Part shown: one piece after another, positions 1 to 12,370 of the stretch
Position numbering within the stretch: position 1 is the stretch's first letter
Layout: the number at the start of each line of letters is the position of its first letter
Assembly: GCF_002105155.1 (NCBI RefSeq)
Contig: NW_019029018.1
Coordinates: forward strand, 1-64,000
Origin: Lobosporangium transversale
Taxonomy: Eukaryota
Length of the DNA: 64,000 nucleotides
Direction of reading: 5' to 3'
Program-made: the position numbers and the translations under genes
The notes under the pieces: model-generated
Database searches by the model: none
Told to the model about the DNA's origin: nothing
What the model saw: only the letters and a program-made list of their open reading frames with translations

Positions 1-1108
1 AATGTCTCTGTTTAGATGGAATCCTTGGCAACTCAGTGCTCTCTATAAGGGTTTGTGAACAATTTATTGCTACTAACTTACCATCCTTAGGTTTTCCAAT
101 TAGCGATGCTGCGCCAGGGACGCCTGGTCGTAGTGAGTGCATGGCGTAGAGGCGTCATGTTGTGCGACCCCTGTTCCCTACCATCTGAACCCAAGTTGCT
201 CTGACCAAAGTGAGGTTCCATTAGTCAGCCGTTCTACAGACCACTGCAATGGGATTTTACTTGGAGGAGCAAAGCCTACGATCCTTGGAGGGAAGCAGAG
301 GGCTCGGGAAAGAGTACCAGAGCAAGATAGGGCTCCTGGAGAGATTTTCTCAGAGCTAGCAAGCAACAGTCAACAGCCAACGGCCAATATAAAAAAAGTT
401 TTAAAAAAAAACTTCAAAATAAAATCAGAAGCTAGGAGCCAGAGACCGGAAGCCAGAAAGCAAGCAGCAGATAGCAGTTATGTCACTGCCAGCGCCGATA
501 GAAGGTTGTCTCAGTCATATCAGCCTGAGACTGCCTCAACAAAACCAAAGACAGAAAACCTTAGTCAAAGCAATCAAAAGTAGCCGTAGTTAATCAAACA
601 CAGTCAGTTTGCTGCGATCAAGGTAAGACTACCAAAGCCAAAACCGACCAGGAGCAATCAAAGTCAGTAACCACGGGCACTCAACCAAAGCCAAGCCTTC
701 GAAGCCCACAAGGTTTGCACTTTTTTCTTTTTTCCGCATCATTTCCTAACCTTGAGCATGAACAGAAAGTATATACATGAGCCTAACGCGTATAAAAAAT
801 AAAGAAAAAATAAAAATAAAATATATCAAGCATATTTCATGCCACAAAGACAGAAGATGTACCCGGACTACTTGGTACGCGGGCTTACCTATAGCAACTA
901 TTGAGCGTTTAAATGATGCTATAGCCTACTTGGCTCATACAGGCTGGGATTGTTCAGACCTTTGGTATAAAGATGTAGCTACTCAACGTTTTCCTATCAA
1001 TACAGTAATCTCTCTCAAGCAATCCTATCTAATTCAAGAAGCACTTTCTTTTTTATGGTTTAACTGTAAAGAGGCGTACTTTATTCTATATCCCGAACCA
1101 CTTCCCGT

Positions 1109-4100
1109 TTATCTTGACTCACAAGGTTCGCATGAAATGACATGTGCAATACTACATTCCTTGCACACACGGCATTTGAGTCGGTATCCTCCGATCGATT
1201 GGCTTGTTTCTGTCAACCTTGCCAATGGTGCTCCTTCGCTCGGGCCTTCTATCTCTAAATCTGCCTCTAAATCTGCCTTTGTTGACAGTCCTTGATAATG
1301 GCTAACTTGACTGGACGCATTCTTGGCCTTGGATGCTATTAATGGCATCCCTACATCCTTGATCGCCTCATGTACAGCCAAACGGAGGGGTTTCTTGTCT
1401 ATAGCTCCATATTGCATCAGAAATTTCCTGTTGACTTCACTCAGCCCATCTACATCTTGAATACGAGCCTTGTTTGCATTAAGAGCCGTTTGTCTATTGC
1501 TCCACTTTAGGCGGCATTGATACTCTTCATCCTCCTTCACAATCTGCCACATCCGAATAGAACCATCCCAACAGCCTATGACCAGATAATGGCCCTCTTC
1601 AGAGGCATTCCATACAAGTGTTTCAGGTGTCTCACCTTCAAATGAGGTTACAATCAAACACTGGCCTGATTTTGGATCCCACACTCGCACTGTATTGTCA
1701 TAACTGCTTGAGGCAATGTATCTTCCATCAGGAGAATAAACTATATCAGTGATCCACATGGTATGTCCTTGAAGCACACATAACACTGACCCTGCTTCAG
1801 TATCTACCACACTAACCAGGTTTTTCTCATCTCTAACAGCCATATGTTGACTACATGGTGAAAATACTACATGTTTTAGAACCTTGCCAAGCTGTGTTTC
1901 GTAACAAAGTTCACCCGTCTCCGTACTCCATACTGATAAGCTCCTGGGCTCAAAGTTGCGCCACAACACTACCTTCCGACTGTCAGGTGTGTATGCGATA
2001 TAAGGCTCAAAGCCATCTTTATCACTCAAGTCATGCTGGAGATCCCCTGATTGTGCTCTCCAGACTTTGATATTACCACGTCTATCACATGAAGCAATCT
2101 GGTCGCCATTAGGTGAGAATGCCACACAATATATACGTTCATTGTGGCCATGTAGTGTGCGGACGAGCTCTCCTGTTTGTGTGTTCCATATAGTCACATT
2201 TCCAGATTCATGACCACAGGCAATTTGGTGGCCAATGGGTGAGAAATTAAAGTCGCAGAGATCATCGAGATCTTTATCTCGTAACTCCAAAGTGCGAACG
2301 ATTAGGCCTTTTCGGACATCCCAAAGATAGACGTATGGAGGCTCCTGGCAAGAAGCAAGCAACTGGCCATCAGGTGAATATTTGATGTCGCCTTCTCTCC
2401 CATCAAGGCATTGTAAAATGTGAATGGACTGTCCTGTTCTTGCATCCCACATGCGTACTATTCCATCATCACTCTGTGAAGCTATTTGCTGTCCATCTAG
2501 TAGACTCCTGATGTCAGCGGTCCTTGATGACTGGCTATGTAAATCACGACTGGATTGTTGTGGTCGAGTATCCCAAAGACGTATCGTTTTGTCACGACTA
2601 AAGGATGCAATCTGCTGCTTGTTTGGTGAATATGCTAAGCAGTTTATCAAATCGGAGTGGCCATAGAACATATTCATGCGTTGTCCTGATCTCGCATCCA
2701 AAAGCCATATTGTGTTGCTCTCATCGCAAACGGCTATAGTTTCTCCGTTCGGTGAACACTTTAGAATCTTGAAATCTCCATACTCTATTTCAAAAGTATG
2801 AATGGCTTTTCCTGTTTGCATATCCCACTGATATATCGTGGAAGGGCTGAACGAAGCAGCGAACTTCCCATTAGGTGAATACTGTATGTCACGGACGGTG
2901 CCATCATGTTCCAAACTAAACTTCTTTTGACCAGATCCAACATCCCACACATGCAGCCAATTATCCCCGTTACAACAAGTTATGAGATCTTGACCATTAA
3001 GTGAATACTCAATTTGCTTAATCGTAGAGTTATGGTCCATCAGCAGCATCGACTGCTGCCCTGACGTTGCATCCCACAGCTGCAGTATCTTATTCTCACC
3101 ACCAGTTGCAATCTGCTTTCCATCAGGTGAATATGCCACACTCCATACAGGATCATTATGGCCCTCTAACATAAATTTGAGAACGCCTGTTTGAGTATCC
3201 CACACTCGCACCGAGCCATCATTGCTAGCTGAGGCAAGATCGTTCCCATTTGGCGAGTATGCTATACAGCCGACAATGTCTGTATGACCCACCAATCTGT
3301 GAACCAACATTCCTGATGCTGCATCCCAAATTTGAATTACACTGTGGCCATAGCCCCAGGAGGCAATATATCTACTGTTTGGTGAATATAAAAGCCTATC
3401 ACCAGTTACATCGCCCTCCAAAACAAACAATTTCTCCCATGTTGATGTCTCATATACGATAATTGAATTGTTATTTGCTTCGTCTTCGATAGTTGCAGCG
3501 AGTGTCTTACCATCAGGTGAATATGTTCCATCCAACACCCAATCATCTGCTTCGATATACGGCCACTCTCCAAATTGTACTCCTGCCATATTTGCTCCAC
3601 TCAGGTTTGCTTCACGAAGCCAACACTTCTGTAAGTTGACCTTCCTCAGATCTGCTCCTTGGAGCTGTGCATATTCAAAAATACCATGACTGACATCTGC
3701 TCCTGGAATCTGAATGCCTCGTAAGTCTGCTCCGATGAATGACTCGCCTGATCGGACCAAGATTGTCATCGCATTCGCTGCTGCTATCCTCCACTTGTTG
3801 TCGCTCTTCGAGAGCTCTACGTATCCATACAACTGCTGTTTGAACACTGGCTCAAGATGCACACGGTCCTCCAGAAACTGAAGGATAGATGGCTCATCTA
3901 CAAAACTCCTCCATACTAAAGGTGAAGTCTCATCAGCTTGGACCACATCCACTTCCTGCTCGCTCGCTTTGTTATCCATCCCTTCGAAGCTGTACACCGA
4001 ACTAATACTCTGTCGACGAGAGTGTGATGTGGTCGCCTTTGTCTTTCCATTGCTTCCAGACGTACTCATCACCGGTTGCGGCTCGAATATTGCTCGTACC

Positions 4101-7100
4101 AAACTGTACTCAAGAATAGATCGATGGAGGAACCGATGCTGATTCCCTGTACGTGTGAGTGGTGATGCCTCACGTAATAGGTTCCTTCTATTCTCTTTGC
4201 TGAAGTACGCTTTTTCCATGTACCCTTATCTTTGTACTCCGAGTACTCCACTACTGGATTGCCATCTTGATGCTTGTAGATCGCTATAGCCAACTCTGTC
4301 AGGTACTTGATCCCATTCTGTGCAAACCCTTCATCTGTCAATACTCTGAACATCCTTCTATCCTCTGGTCTTAATGTCTCGCTTAGTCGCTTCTTGCCTC
4401 GCTCAAGCCATTGCTCAACAAACTGGTCATACAATGTGACTCGCTTGATCTTGCTCTTGGTGATCTCAAGTCCCGGATCCACCATCCGTGGGAGTACCTC
4501 AAGCGACATCGATAGTATGAATGGGTTCTTCACAAGCTCTTGTAAGCTAGGGACCATCTTGAGTGCACGCTTATAGTCCTCCACACCCCACAGTAGATCC
4601 ATAGAGTTGACATATTGTTCGATATAGTCTTCAATCTGTGCCTCTGAGAATGGCACAATCACTGCCTCTTGGAACAGTCCACTATCTGCTTGATGATTGC
4701 GATCCATAGGTTGGAACCGATCTCGATAGTCCAGTCCAAGATACTCACTGCGACAACTGATCACCATCTGACATTTCCATTCTCCAGCCTTATTCAGTTG
4801 GTTGGCAGTATACAGGTTGTTAGTCTGCATGCTCTCATCATATCCATCACAGATCAAAACAAATGATCGATTCATCTTCAGTTCCTTAATCTCAGAGTCC
4901 ACGAAACCGTAGTCCCGTAGCTGCTTTGCAACAAGATCCTTTTCTGGATTGTCGATGACTGGAAGGTTGATAAACAGTGGGATCCGACCATGTCTCTTTT
5001 GGTATGTCTCCCAGAGTGTGCACTCCAGTGTGCGGTTGAATGTGGATTTGCCTGCTCCTGAATCTCCTTGCACAAGCATCACTTTCTGCTTGCTGTCTAG
5101 GAACTCTTTCACTTTGTCCATCAACAAGAACCGATCGTCACTGCTTGCTTGAGGGCTTGTTTTGGCATACTGTTGAACATAGAAGCCCTGGTTATTCCCA
5201 ACATCTATTCGTTGTCTCTTTAGCCGCCGTAGACTATCCTCGACGCCAGGCTTCTCTTGTGCACGGTCAAGCAGTTGTGAGGATTTAGGTCGAGAGAGTG
5301 TAGCAACATAGGAATACTGGATCAATGGCCCTTGAAGAGAGATTCTGTATAGCTCTTGTTTTTGGTCATCCCCATCCATCTTGAGATCATTCAAAAGAGT
5401 GTCTGCGGCTGCAATAAATGAGAATAGAAAGAATGAGTCAAAGCATGTATAGAGTACGCAGATTAGTCACCATATACTGATTAATGTCATCGTCACCAAA
5501 CACTATCCATAGAAGATTGAAATATATACCTTGAAAGCCATCTGATGATAACGAAGATAGCTGCCTAAGAATATTTATGATCCACTGCTTAATGTGTGTA
5601 TGGTGTCCCCATTCCTGATCATTCCTGTATATCTCTCCTAGGAATGTGGTGGCATCTTGCCGAGTATTCATACTCCATTTTGTATCTGCTGCAAGCTGTC
5701 CCAGTCTTTGACATAGTCCCCATTGGAATGCTGCATCGTTTCGGCAGGAGACTGCACACACAAGAGCCTTGAACTTGGTCAGTTCGCCTCTCTGGAGTAG
5801 TCCATCAGTTACTCGAAGTGCTGGATACCATCCTGACTTGCGACTGAAGCTCAGTCCTTCTTCCATACACTCTCTAAATATCACTCCGCTTTCATAGAGT
5901 GATGTTGTTCCCTTGTATACCTCCAGACTCTTGCTCATGATATCTGTCACTGATGGAAGCCCTTTCTGGATGTTGCTTATCTCATCTATGAATGCGTTCA
6001 TATCAAAGTCCTTGGCCGCGCTCACTATTCCAAACACTCCTCGGAGTACTGCTGATGTCCGTCGGAGCATGGCTTGTATTGCTGTTTCATCATTTGGGAT
6101 ATACAATAGTGCTTGGAAAGCATATGCTGACTGATAGACTAGATGAGGATCTAAGCTGTCTTTCGGGCCTTTGAGGTATGCACCAAGTGGCTCATGAAGC
6201 TGTTCTCGCTTCAAATCCTTGACTTGGCTGTCGACCATGGCATCGAGGACATGTGAGACTGTAGCTGAGAGCCGATAGAGATGGTCTCTAGACTGGCTAT
6301 GTGTGCCTTGCAAGCGAGAACTGAGAGTGTTGAGGATCTTGACAAGGTCATCCGAGTCGAGGTATCCAAGAGGAGCATGCTGTATCAATTGAGTCAATCC
6401 TTCCAATAGATGAGTCTCCAGCACGATGTTTTGGCTAATTCCATTGACCATACTCATGAGCAGCGTCCTGAACTGCGTTTGATTGAGAACTGGAACCAGA
6501 GTTACAACTTCAGCAATAGTAGCTTCGGTCTTGGCCCCATCGCTGATGAACAGTTCAATCACATCTGATGCCAATTTACGCAATCGATTTTGCTCATCTT
6601 GATTGCTTGATTTGGCGTGCTGCCACTCTTTCTCGTAGTTATTAAGCTCATTTGTTTGGATAGGAGCAGTAGGAAGCAGACTGAGACAATATGCAAGCTG
6701 GTAGATATCATCCAGACTTGCATCGATATCTGGTAAGTTGTGTCTGATGACTGCTGGAGGTTCATTATGGTTGAATATGTCCTTTGAAATAGTCGCAATG
6801 GTCTGCACTGGTGTGAATTGCACTGTTTCCATCATCTTGCTCAACTTGCTACTACTGGATCTACTGACTTGTTGACTAGCGGCGACATAGCTGTGATTGC
6901 CGTCGTTATTATTGTTCCCTTGGATGTATCCCCATTTCTCTGCCTTCTTGCCTCGTCTTTGTGCATCAACTGGGTAACCTAACTGCTCCAATAGGCGAGC
7001 AAGTTCATAGTAGGCTAAGCCAATACCTTGGCGCAATGCCATGTCTTCATTGGAAGTTGAAGAAGTCGAAGAGGCTGAAGTCGTTGAAGTGAGGGACTTT

Positions 7101-7273
7101 TTCCAAGGCTTCTGAATACGAGACAGTACAGAATCAGCATCAAGACAGAGCTCCATCACTAGGATGCGATCGTCGTCTATGGTGCGAGTACCCTGCATGT
7201 ACAAGTTAAAGAGCCTCAGAGCCTGTGTTGGCGAGAGTGCGCTTCGTGATGGAGAATTGATGCTGCTAAACAT
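1109..7273 (-). CDS. NLR-like protein (ARM-like N-terminus, NACHT, pentapeptide repeats, WD40 repeats), ~2014 aa if one frameshift is repaired; possible pseudogene
   Basis: Exon 1 is 7273-5530. A GT-AG intron at 5529-5409 joins in frame to exon 2 (FQ/AADTLLNDLK). Walker A GDSGAGKS, Walker B LICDGYDE, ADLRG/AQLQGADLR pentapeptides and many GH..YSP..WD repeats are present. One base is missing at the A5 run 4211-4215, splitting ORFs 4069-5394 and 1109-4219. Confidence 0.88.
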
Positions 7274-7466
7274 TGTCTATTGCCTTCCTTTTTTTTGTAA
7301 ATTGTATCCTATCGAGAAGAATGTTTTTCGAAGCACTGTTCGTTAGTGGCAAGTGTGAAAATGTTTTCTTGCGTGCTCCGGTCGTGTTTGCCTGTCTCTT
7401 ACATGCATATGGTTCAATTCGAGATTCGAACAAATAAAAAGAAATGCAATGGGGATTATCGGAAAG

Positions 7467-7531
7467 GATGAAAGATGAAGGATGAAAGATGAAGGATGAA
7501 AGATGAAGGATGAAAGATGAAAGATGAAAGA
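7467..7531. repeat. GATGAAA/GATGAAG heptamer microsatellite upstream of the NLR gene
   Basis: About 9 tandem 7-mers read directly. Confidence 0.9.
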
Positions 7532-7944
7532 TTGTAAGTGTACATTCAATCCATCTAAAGTCTGCCTGTCTTTGTGGAACAGTTGCTTTGGAATTCAAAT
7601 CATTCGACTAAAAATGCACACCTGCACATTTGCAACATTTAACTTTTTTTTTTTTTATTGTTCTTTTGCAATATGCGTCGGCTAAGGGTCAATTGCTTTT
7701 AGTCATTTCTGCTGGAGTAGCCGTTTTTATTAATTGAGAGGGTTAAGGAATGTGTAGAAATGTTTATTTGCATGGGAATGATGAATTATCCTCGTAGCCA
7801 TGGTCCATATGTGTGACCTCTTTTTATTCCTTCTGACCGAGAAAAAACTAAAAATAAAATAAATAAAATCTAGCGTTCGCTCTGATCTACTCTCTATCTT
7901 CTTTTTTCTCGCTCAGGAACACATCCAGCGTATTGAAGTTCCAA

Positions 7945-8868
7945 ATGAGCGAGTATGACACTTCTGATCCAATTATACACTCTCTCCAGAGCCAGCTGGC
8001 TACACTCACCAGCCGGCTTGAAGCTCTCTCGACTAGCTCTGAATCCAGTCGATCGAACCCCTACTTGGTTCCAAAAGAACCAGCTTACGAAATTACACCT
8101 GACGACTCCATTCTCGTCCACTACCCAGCAATGGACGGGAAAGATTTTTTCAAACATAAATCTGGAAACCGTGCAGACGATCTTGCATATGCAACAGAAA
8201 TGGCTAAAGAGATGCAGTCTTTTGCCAAAAACACAACCCAAACCTATTCTGCACCCAAATCGGCACTCATTGACTGGCCCGACTCTTCCTCTCACCACAG
8301 TTCCACGGACAAAACAATCTCACGCTATCAATCACGATTGGCAAACCTTACAAGACCACTTGATCAATTTGCCACGGAAATGTTTTCCTACGAAGTTGAC
8401 CCTGCGGTCGCACAAGCGTGTTTACAGCTCGCACAGACAATGCGTGAACATATTGCACACCTTGCACAGCAAATGTCAAGCGACAGGGAGGACCTTGTTT
8501 ACCAAGCGCACAAAATTTCAGTCACCAAGGACACAGTTGATCCACCAATTGTCTCTACTTCAGACTTCATTGAAGCCAGCAAATTGGCAAAGAGTGTTCG
8601 TCAGGCTACTAACCCGACAAGACAACGGGCGTACAACAGGAGGACTCAAAACCGGAGTTTCTTTAGCGCAAATACTTACAGATCCACTTCTAATTCTAGC
8701 CAATCTCATCCATCGGGTCAAACTCAGACCGCCCACTATCAAAATGACAATGGTTCTTTTTTTGGGCGAGGCCAAAATCCAAGGAGAGGGGGACGAGGCC
8801 GAGGCCGAGGCTACCAAACCCCTCAATCCAACCAGACAAGTCAGGCACAGACTGCAGGCCAGCAGTAG
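7945..8868 (+). CDS. gag: DIRS-A Gag-like ORF1
   Basis: First ORF after the left ITR. It has an RG-rich C-terminus and is homologous to DIRS-B ORF1 (TRPLD motif). Confidence 0.85.
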   Translation: MSEYDTSDPIIHSLQSQLATLTSRLEALSTSSESSRSNPYLVPKEPAYEITPDDSILVHYPAMDGKDFFKHKSGNRADDLAYATEMAKEMQSFAKNTTQTYSAPKSALIDWPDSSSHHSSTDKTISRYQSRLANLTRPLDQFATEMFSYEVDPAVAQACLQLAQTMREHIAHLAQQMSSDREDLVYQAHKISVTKDTVDPPIVSTSDFIEASKLAKSVRQATNPTRQRAYNRRTQNRSFFSANTYRSTSNSSQSHPSGQTQTAHYQNDNGSFFGRGQNPRRGGRGRGRGYQTPQSNQTSQAQTAGQQ

Positions 8869-11800
8869 GTGGCCGTTTACAGATTTACAGAGAAGCATGG
8901 GCTCTCATAACCGACAACGAATGGGTCAAGTCGGTCGTCTCCGAGGGATTCAAAATCCCTTTCCACAAACGGCCACCGATATCCAGTTCAACAGCGTACC
9001 AAGCTCGAGTAGCAGCGGAGGAAGAGAAGGCGATCGATCAAGAGGTAATCGCACTCTTAGCCAAAAGAGCAATAGAGGTCGCTTCGGGCCCTGGTTTCAA
9101 GAGCCGAATATTCACTATCCCCAAGAAAACCGGGGACATTCGGCCAGTCTTAAATCTAAGACCGTTGAATGCCTACGTCTCAGAGCGGCACTTCAAAATG
9201 GAGACGATGACGACAGTATGCGCAATGTTACAGAAGAACGACTTTATGACAAGCATCGACCTATCAGACGCATTTCTTCACGTACTAATCCATCCAGATT
9301 ATCGTCATTATCTACAGTTCCAATGGAAGAACCGGAAATTTCAATTCCGTACACTTCCCTTCGGGCTCTCACTCTCTCCGCTAGTGTTCACCAAAGTTCT
9401 CAAGCCTTTCCTCAAATGGGCACGACGACGAGGAATTCGCATATCAGCGTACCTAGACGATTTGATAATCCTAGCCAAGAACAAAGAACAATCAATCCAG
9501 TTCACTCAACTAGTGCAAGACAAGTTGGCAGCGCTAGGATTCCTCATCAAGGAAGCCAAGTCTACGTTGATCCCGTCACAGAAAATAGACCATTTAGGCT
9601 TCACCATCAACTCCCGGGATATGACTGTCACAGTTCCGAAATCCAAAGTCAGGGACATACGGCGCGAGGCAGGAAAGCTACTACGAAAAGGCGCCACTTC
9701 TTTAAGGGAACTTTCTTCGTTCGTCGGGAAAGCAATGGCAACATCTATGGCAGTGTTCCCAGCGCGATTCATGACACGGAATCTGCTTCAGCTCAAGAAC
9801 ACAGCACTAAAAGCCAAGGGAGCTTCTTGGTCGGACACGGTCACCCTCACGGAACCAGCCAAGGAGAACCTTCAATGGTGGAAGGAGCAATTGACGTCAT
9901 GGAATGGTCTGTCATGGATTCAACAACAGACACAAATGGACATACACTATCATGCAAAACTGATTCAATAATTCATTCCCATGTGCATTTCTTTTTTTCA
10001 TTCCTAGAAACCGTATATGCATACACCACTCATACTTTGGTTTAATAAAACTCCCGTCTTCTTCTACGACATAGTGATGCGTTGTGACATTAGCTTGTCT
10101 CATTTGAATAGCTAATGACTTTTTTGTTCATGCAGGTCATTGAATCAGTTTCACATGTGGTCTAAAATGTTGCCCATGACAACTTTTGGACGTCATTTAA
10201 TGCCAGTAAAAAAAGGACTTTTCTCTCTTTCCTTTATGAACACTTGCTTAACTCTCTCTTAACTATACCTTCACAGAATATGAGACCCACTCCACAAAGG
10301 AAAGTCAACGAAGCCAGGAGGTTAATGATGGGAGGCATGTCTACTAGAGAAACTGCTGCTAGTGTTGGTATATCAATAGCGACGGCCACCAGGATCTATG
10401 CACATAATAAGGAGTACATGCCAGTCAATAAAGGCGGTCGACCAAGGAAAGTACCCAGAGGTATCATGCAGTATCTTAAGGTGAACATGAAACGAGGTAC
10501 ACTCAAGTCTGCAGTTGAGGCCACCGTCAGAGCCAACCAGCTCATACCAGCGGCTGTTTCTGAGACCACCGTTAGACGACGGCTCAAGGAGTTAGGATTG
10601 ACAGCAAAGAGGCGTGTACATAAGCCAGCTTTACGTCGACGGCATATTAAAGCCCGTTTGCATTTTCTCAACAAGTATAAGGAATGGACTCTGGAAGATT
10701 GGAAAAAGGTTATTTGGTCAGATGAATCGAAAATAAACCGAATCTGCTCTGATGGCGTGCAGTGGATCTGGGACGACAATCCGGGACGCCTCACTCGCAG
10801 GTCGGTGCAAGGCACTGTCAAGTTTGGGGGTGGTAATGTTAAAGTGTGGTCATGCTTCTCATGGTACGGACCTGGATACATTGCAAAGATTGACAATAAT
10901 ATGGACGCACAACTTTACATCAAACTACTGCAGGAGGATCTACAGATGTCGCTTGATGACTGGGGCCTAACTAAAAGCGATATCGTCTTTCAGCACGACA
11001 ATGACTCGAAGCACACGGCGAAGATTGTTAGGAAGTATTTGGAGTCAGTACATCTGACAGAAGAGGAAGGTACACTTCTAGAGTGGCCAGCACAATCCCC
11101 TGACCTCAACCCTATTGAACACATGTGGGCAGAATTGGATAGGCGGCTCTCTAGGTATCCGGAGCGAGCTAAGAGCTGTGATGAACTATGGGAGCGAGTA
11201 TCGGTTGAATGGTACAGGATCCCAGTGGGCTTCTGCCGCAAACTCATCATAGGTATCCATAAGAGACTCCAAGCTGTCAGTGATGCCCATGGTTGGAATA
11301 CTATCTATTGATGTAAGGTTATGCCTCACAAAAGAATAAAGATCTTTGGCCACCGAATGGGCACATGTGAAACTGATTCAATGACCTGCATGAACAAAAA
11401 AGTCATTAGCTATTCAAATGAGACAAGCTAATGTCACAACGCATCACTATGTCGTAGAAGAAGACGGGAGTTTTATTAAACCAAAGTATGAGTGGTGTAT
11501 GCATATACGGTTTCTAGGAATGAAAAAAAGAAATGCACATGGGAATGAATTATTGAATCAGTTTTGCATGATAGTGTATACACGGATGCATCGGACACCG
11601 GATGGGGGATCGTGATCAACAATCAAACATGGAGTGGCAAATGGACTCCACAAGAGAAAGACCACCACATCAACTGGAAGGAACTACAGACAGTTCTTCG
11701 AGCTGTTCAACTACCAATAACACAGGGCAAAATGATCAACATCATATGCGACAACACGACAACGATTGCACACATCAACAGGTTCGGAGGGACGAGGTCT

Positions 11801-12370
11801 CCGGAACTAATGAGACTAGCGGACACGTTATGGCGTCACTGCCTAGCAACGGGGACTCGACTTCGGACGACATACATCCCATCTGCATTCAACCCAGCGG
11901 ATGCACCGTCACGGCGAATGATATCGCAATTGGAATGGAGGATCAGTCGCCCATTCTTTCAACAACTGGAACACCAATGGGGGCCACATCAGGTGGACCT
12001 ATTTGCGTCGGCACAGAACAAACAGCTACCGACATTTGTCTCATGGAAATTCCATCCAGATGCTCTGAAGATAGACGCCCTTCAACACAACTGGACAGAG
12101 ATGGGCAACCTTTACATTTGCCCCCCATGGAATCTTCTATCAATCATCTTGGAGAGGATACAGACCCAGAAACTGACAACAACAGTAATAACCCCATGGT
12201 GGCCGAGTGCAATATGGTTCCCAACCATCAAGGAGATGGCAGTAGCACCACCAATCCCGATCCCTCGGGAAGCAGTCCTACCAGCCGTCGGAAGCGCAAG
12301 CGATCTCCTCAGCAAGAATCCACTCTGGTCATTGACAGCATGGAGAATAAGAGGCGACGTAAAGATCTAG
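8748..12370 (+). CDS. DIRS-A reverse transcriptase, RNase H and adenine-methyltransferase-like ORF, split by the Tc1 insertion
   Basis: Motifs SIDLSDAF, LPFGLSLSP, YLDD, YTDAS (restored on removing the Tc1), HINWKE, NPADAPSR, VDLFAS and YICPPW. The frame is open from 8748 with no ATG before the RT core. Confidence 0.9.
9945..11576 (+). mobile_element. Tc1-like DNA transposon family A, copy 1 (intact, 215-bp TIRs)
   Basis: TIRs at 9945-10159 and 11362-11576 with TA duplications at 9943-9944 and 11577-11578. Removal restores the DIRS RNase H sequence MDIYTDAS. Confidence 0.97.
10280..11311 (+). CDS. Tc1-like transposase, 343 aa, DD39E spacing
   Basis: HTH N-terminus, WSDES, FQHDND and SPDLNPIEHMW motifs. 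Confidence 0.95.
   Translation: MRPTPQRKVNEARRLMMGGMSTRETAASVGISIATATRIYAHNKEYMPVNKGGRPRKVPRGIMQYLKVNMKRGTLKSAVEATVRANQLIPAAVSETTVRRRLKELGLTAKRRVHKPALRRRHIKARLHFLNKYKEWTLEDWKKVIWSDESKINRICSDGVQWIWDDNPGRLTRRSVQGTVKFGGGNVKVWSCFSWYGPGYIAKIDNNMDAQLYIKLLQEDLQMSLDDWGLTKSDIVFQHDNDSKHTAKIVRKYLESVHLTEEEGTLLEWPAQSPDLNPIEHMWAELDRRLSRYPERAKSCDELWERVSVEWYRIPVGFCRKLIIGIHKRLQAVSDAHGWNTIY

Noticed and set aside
137..583. 148-aa ORF at the window start
   Set aside because: GTG start, no recognisable motifs, and an A-rich repetitive second half. Possibly a mobile-element leader, but not supportable.
777..1295. 172-aa + strand ORF overlapping the NLR 3' end
   Set aside because: It begins in an A-rich tract and has no motifs. 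Probably a chance or antisense ORF.
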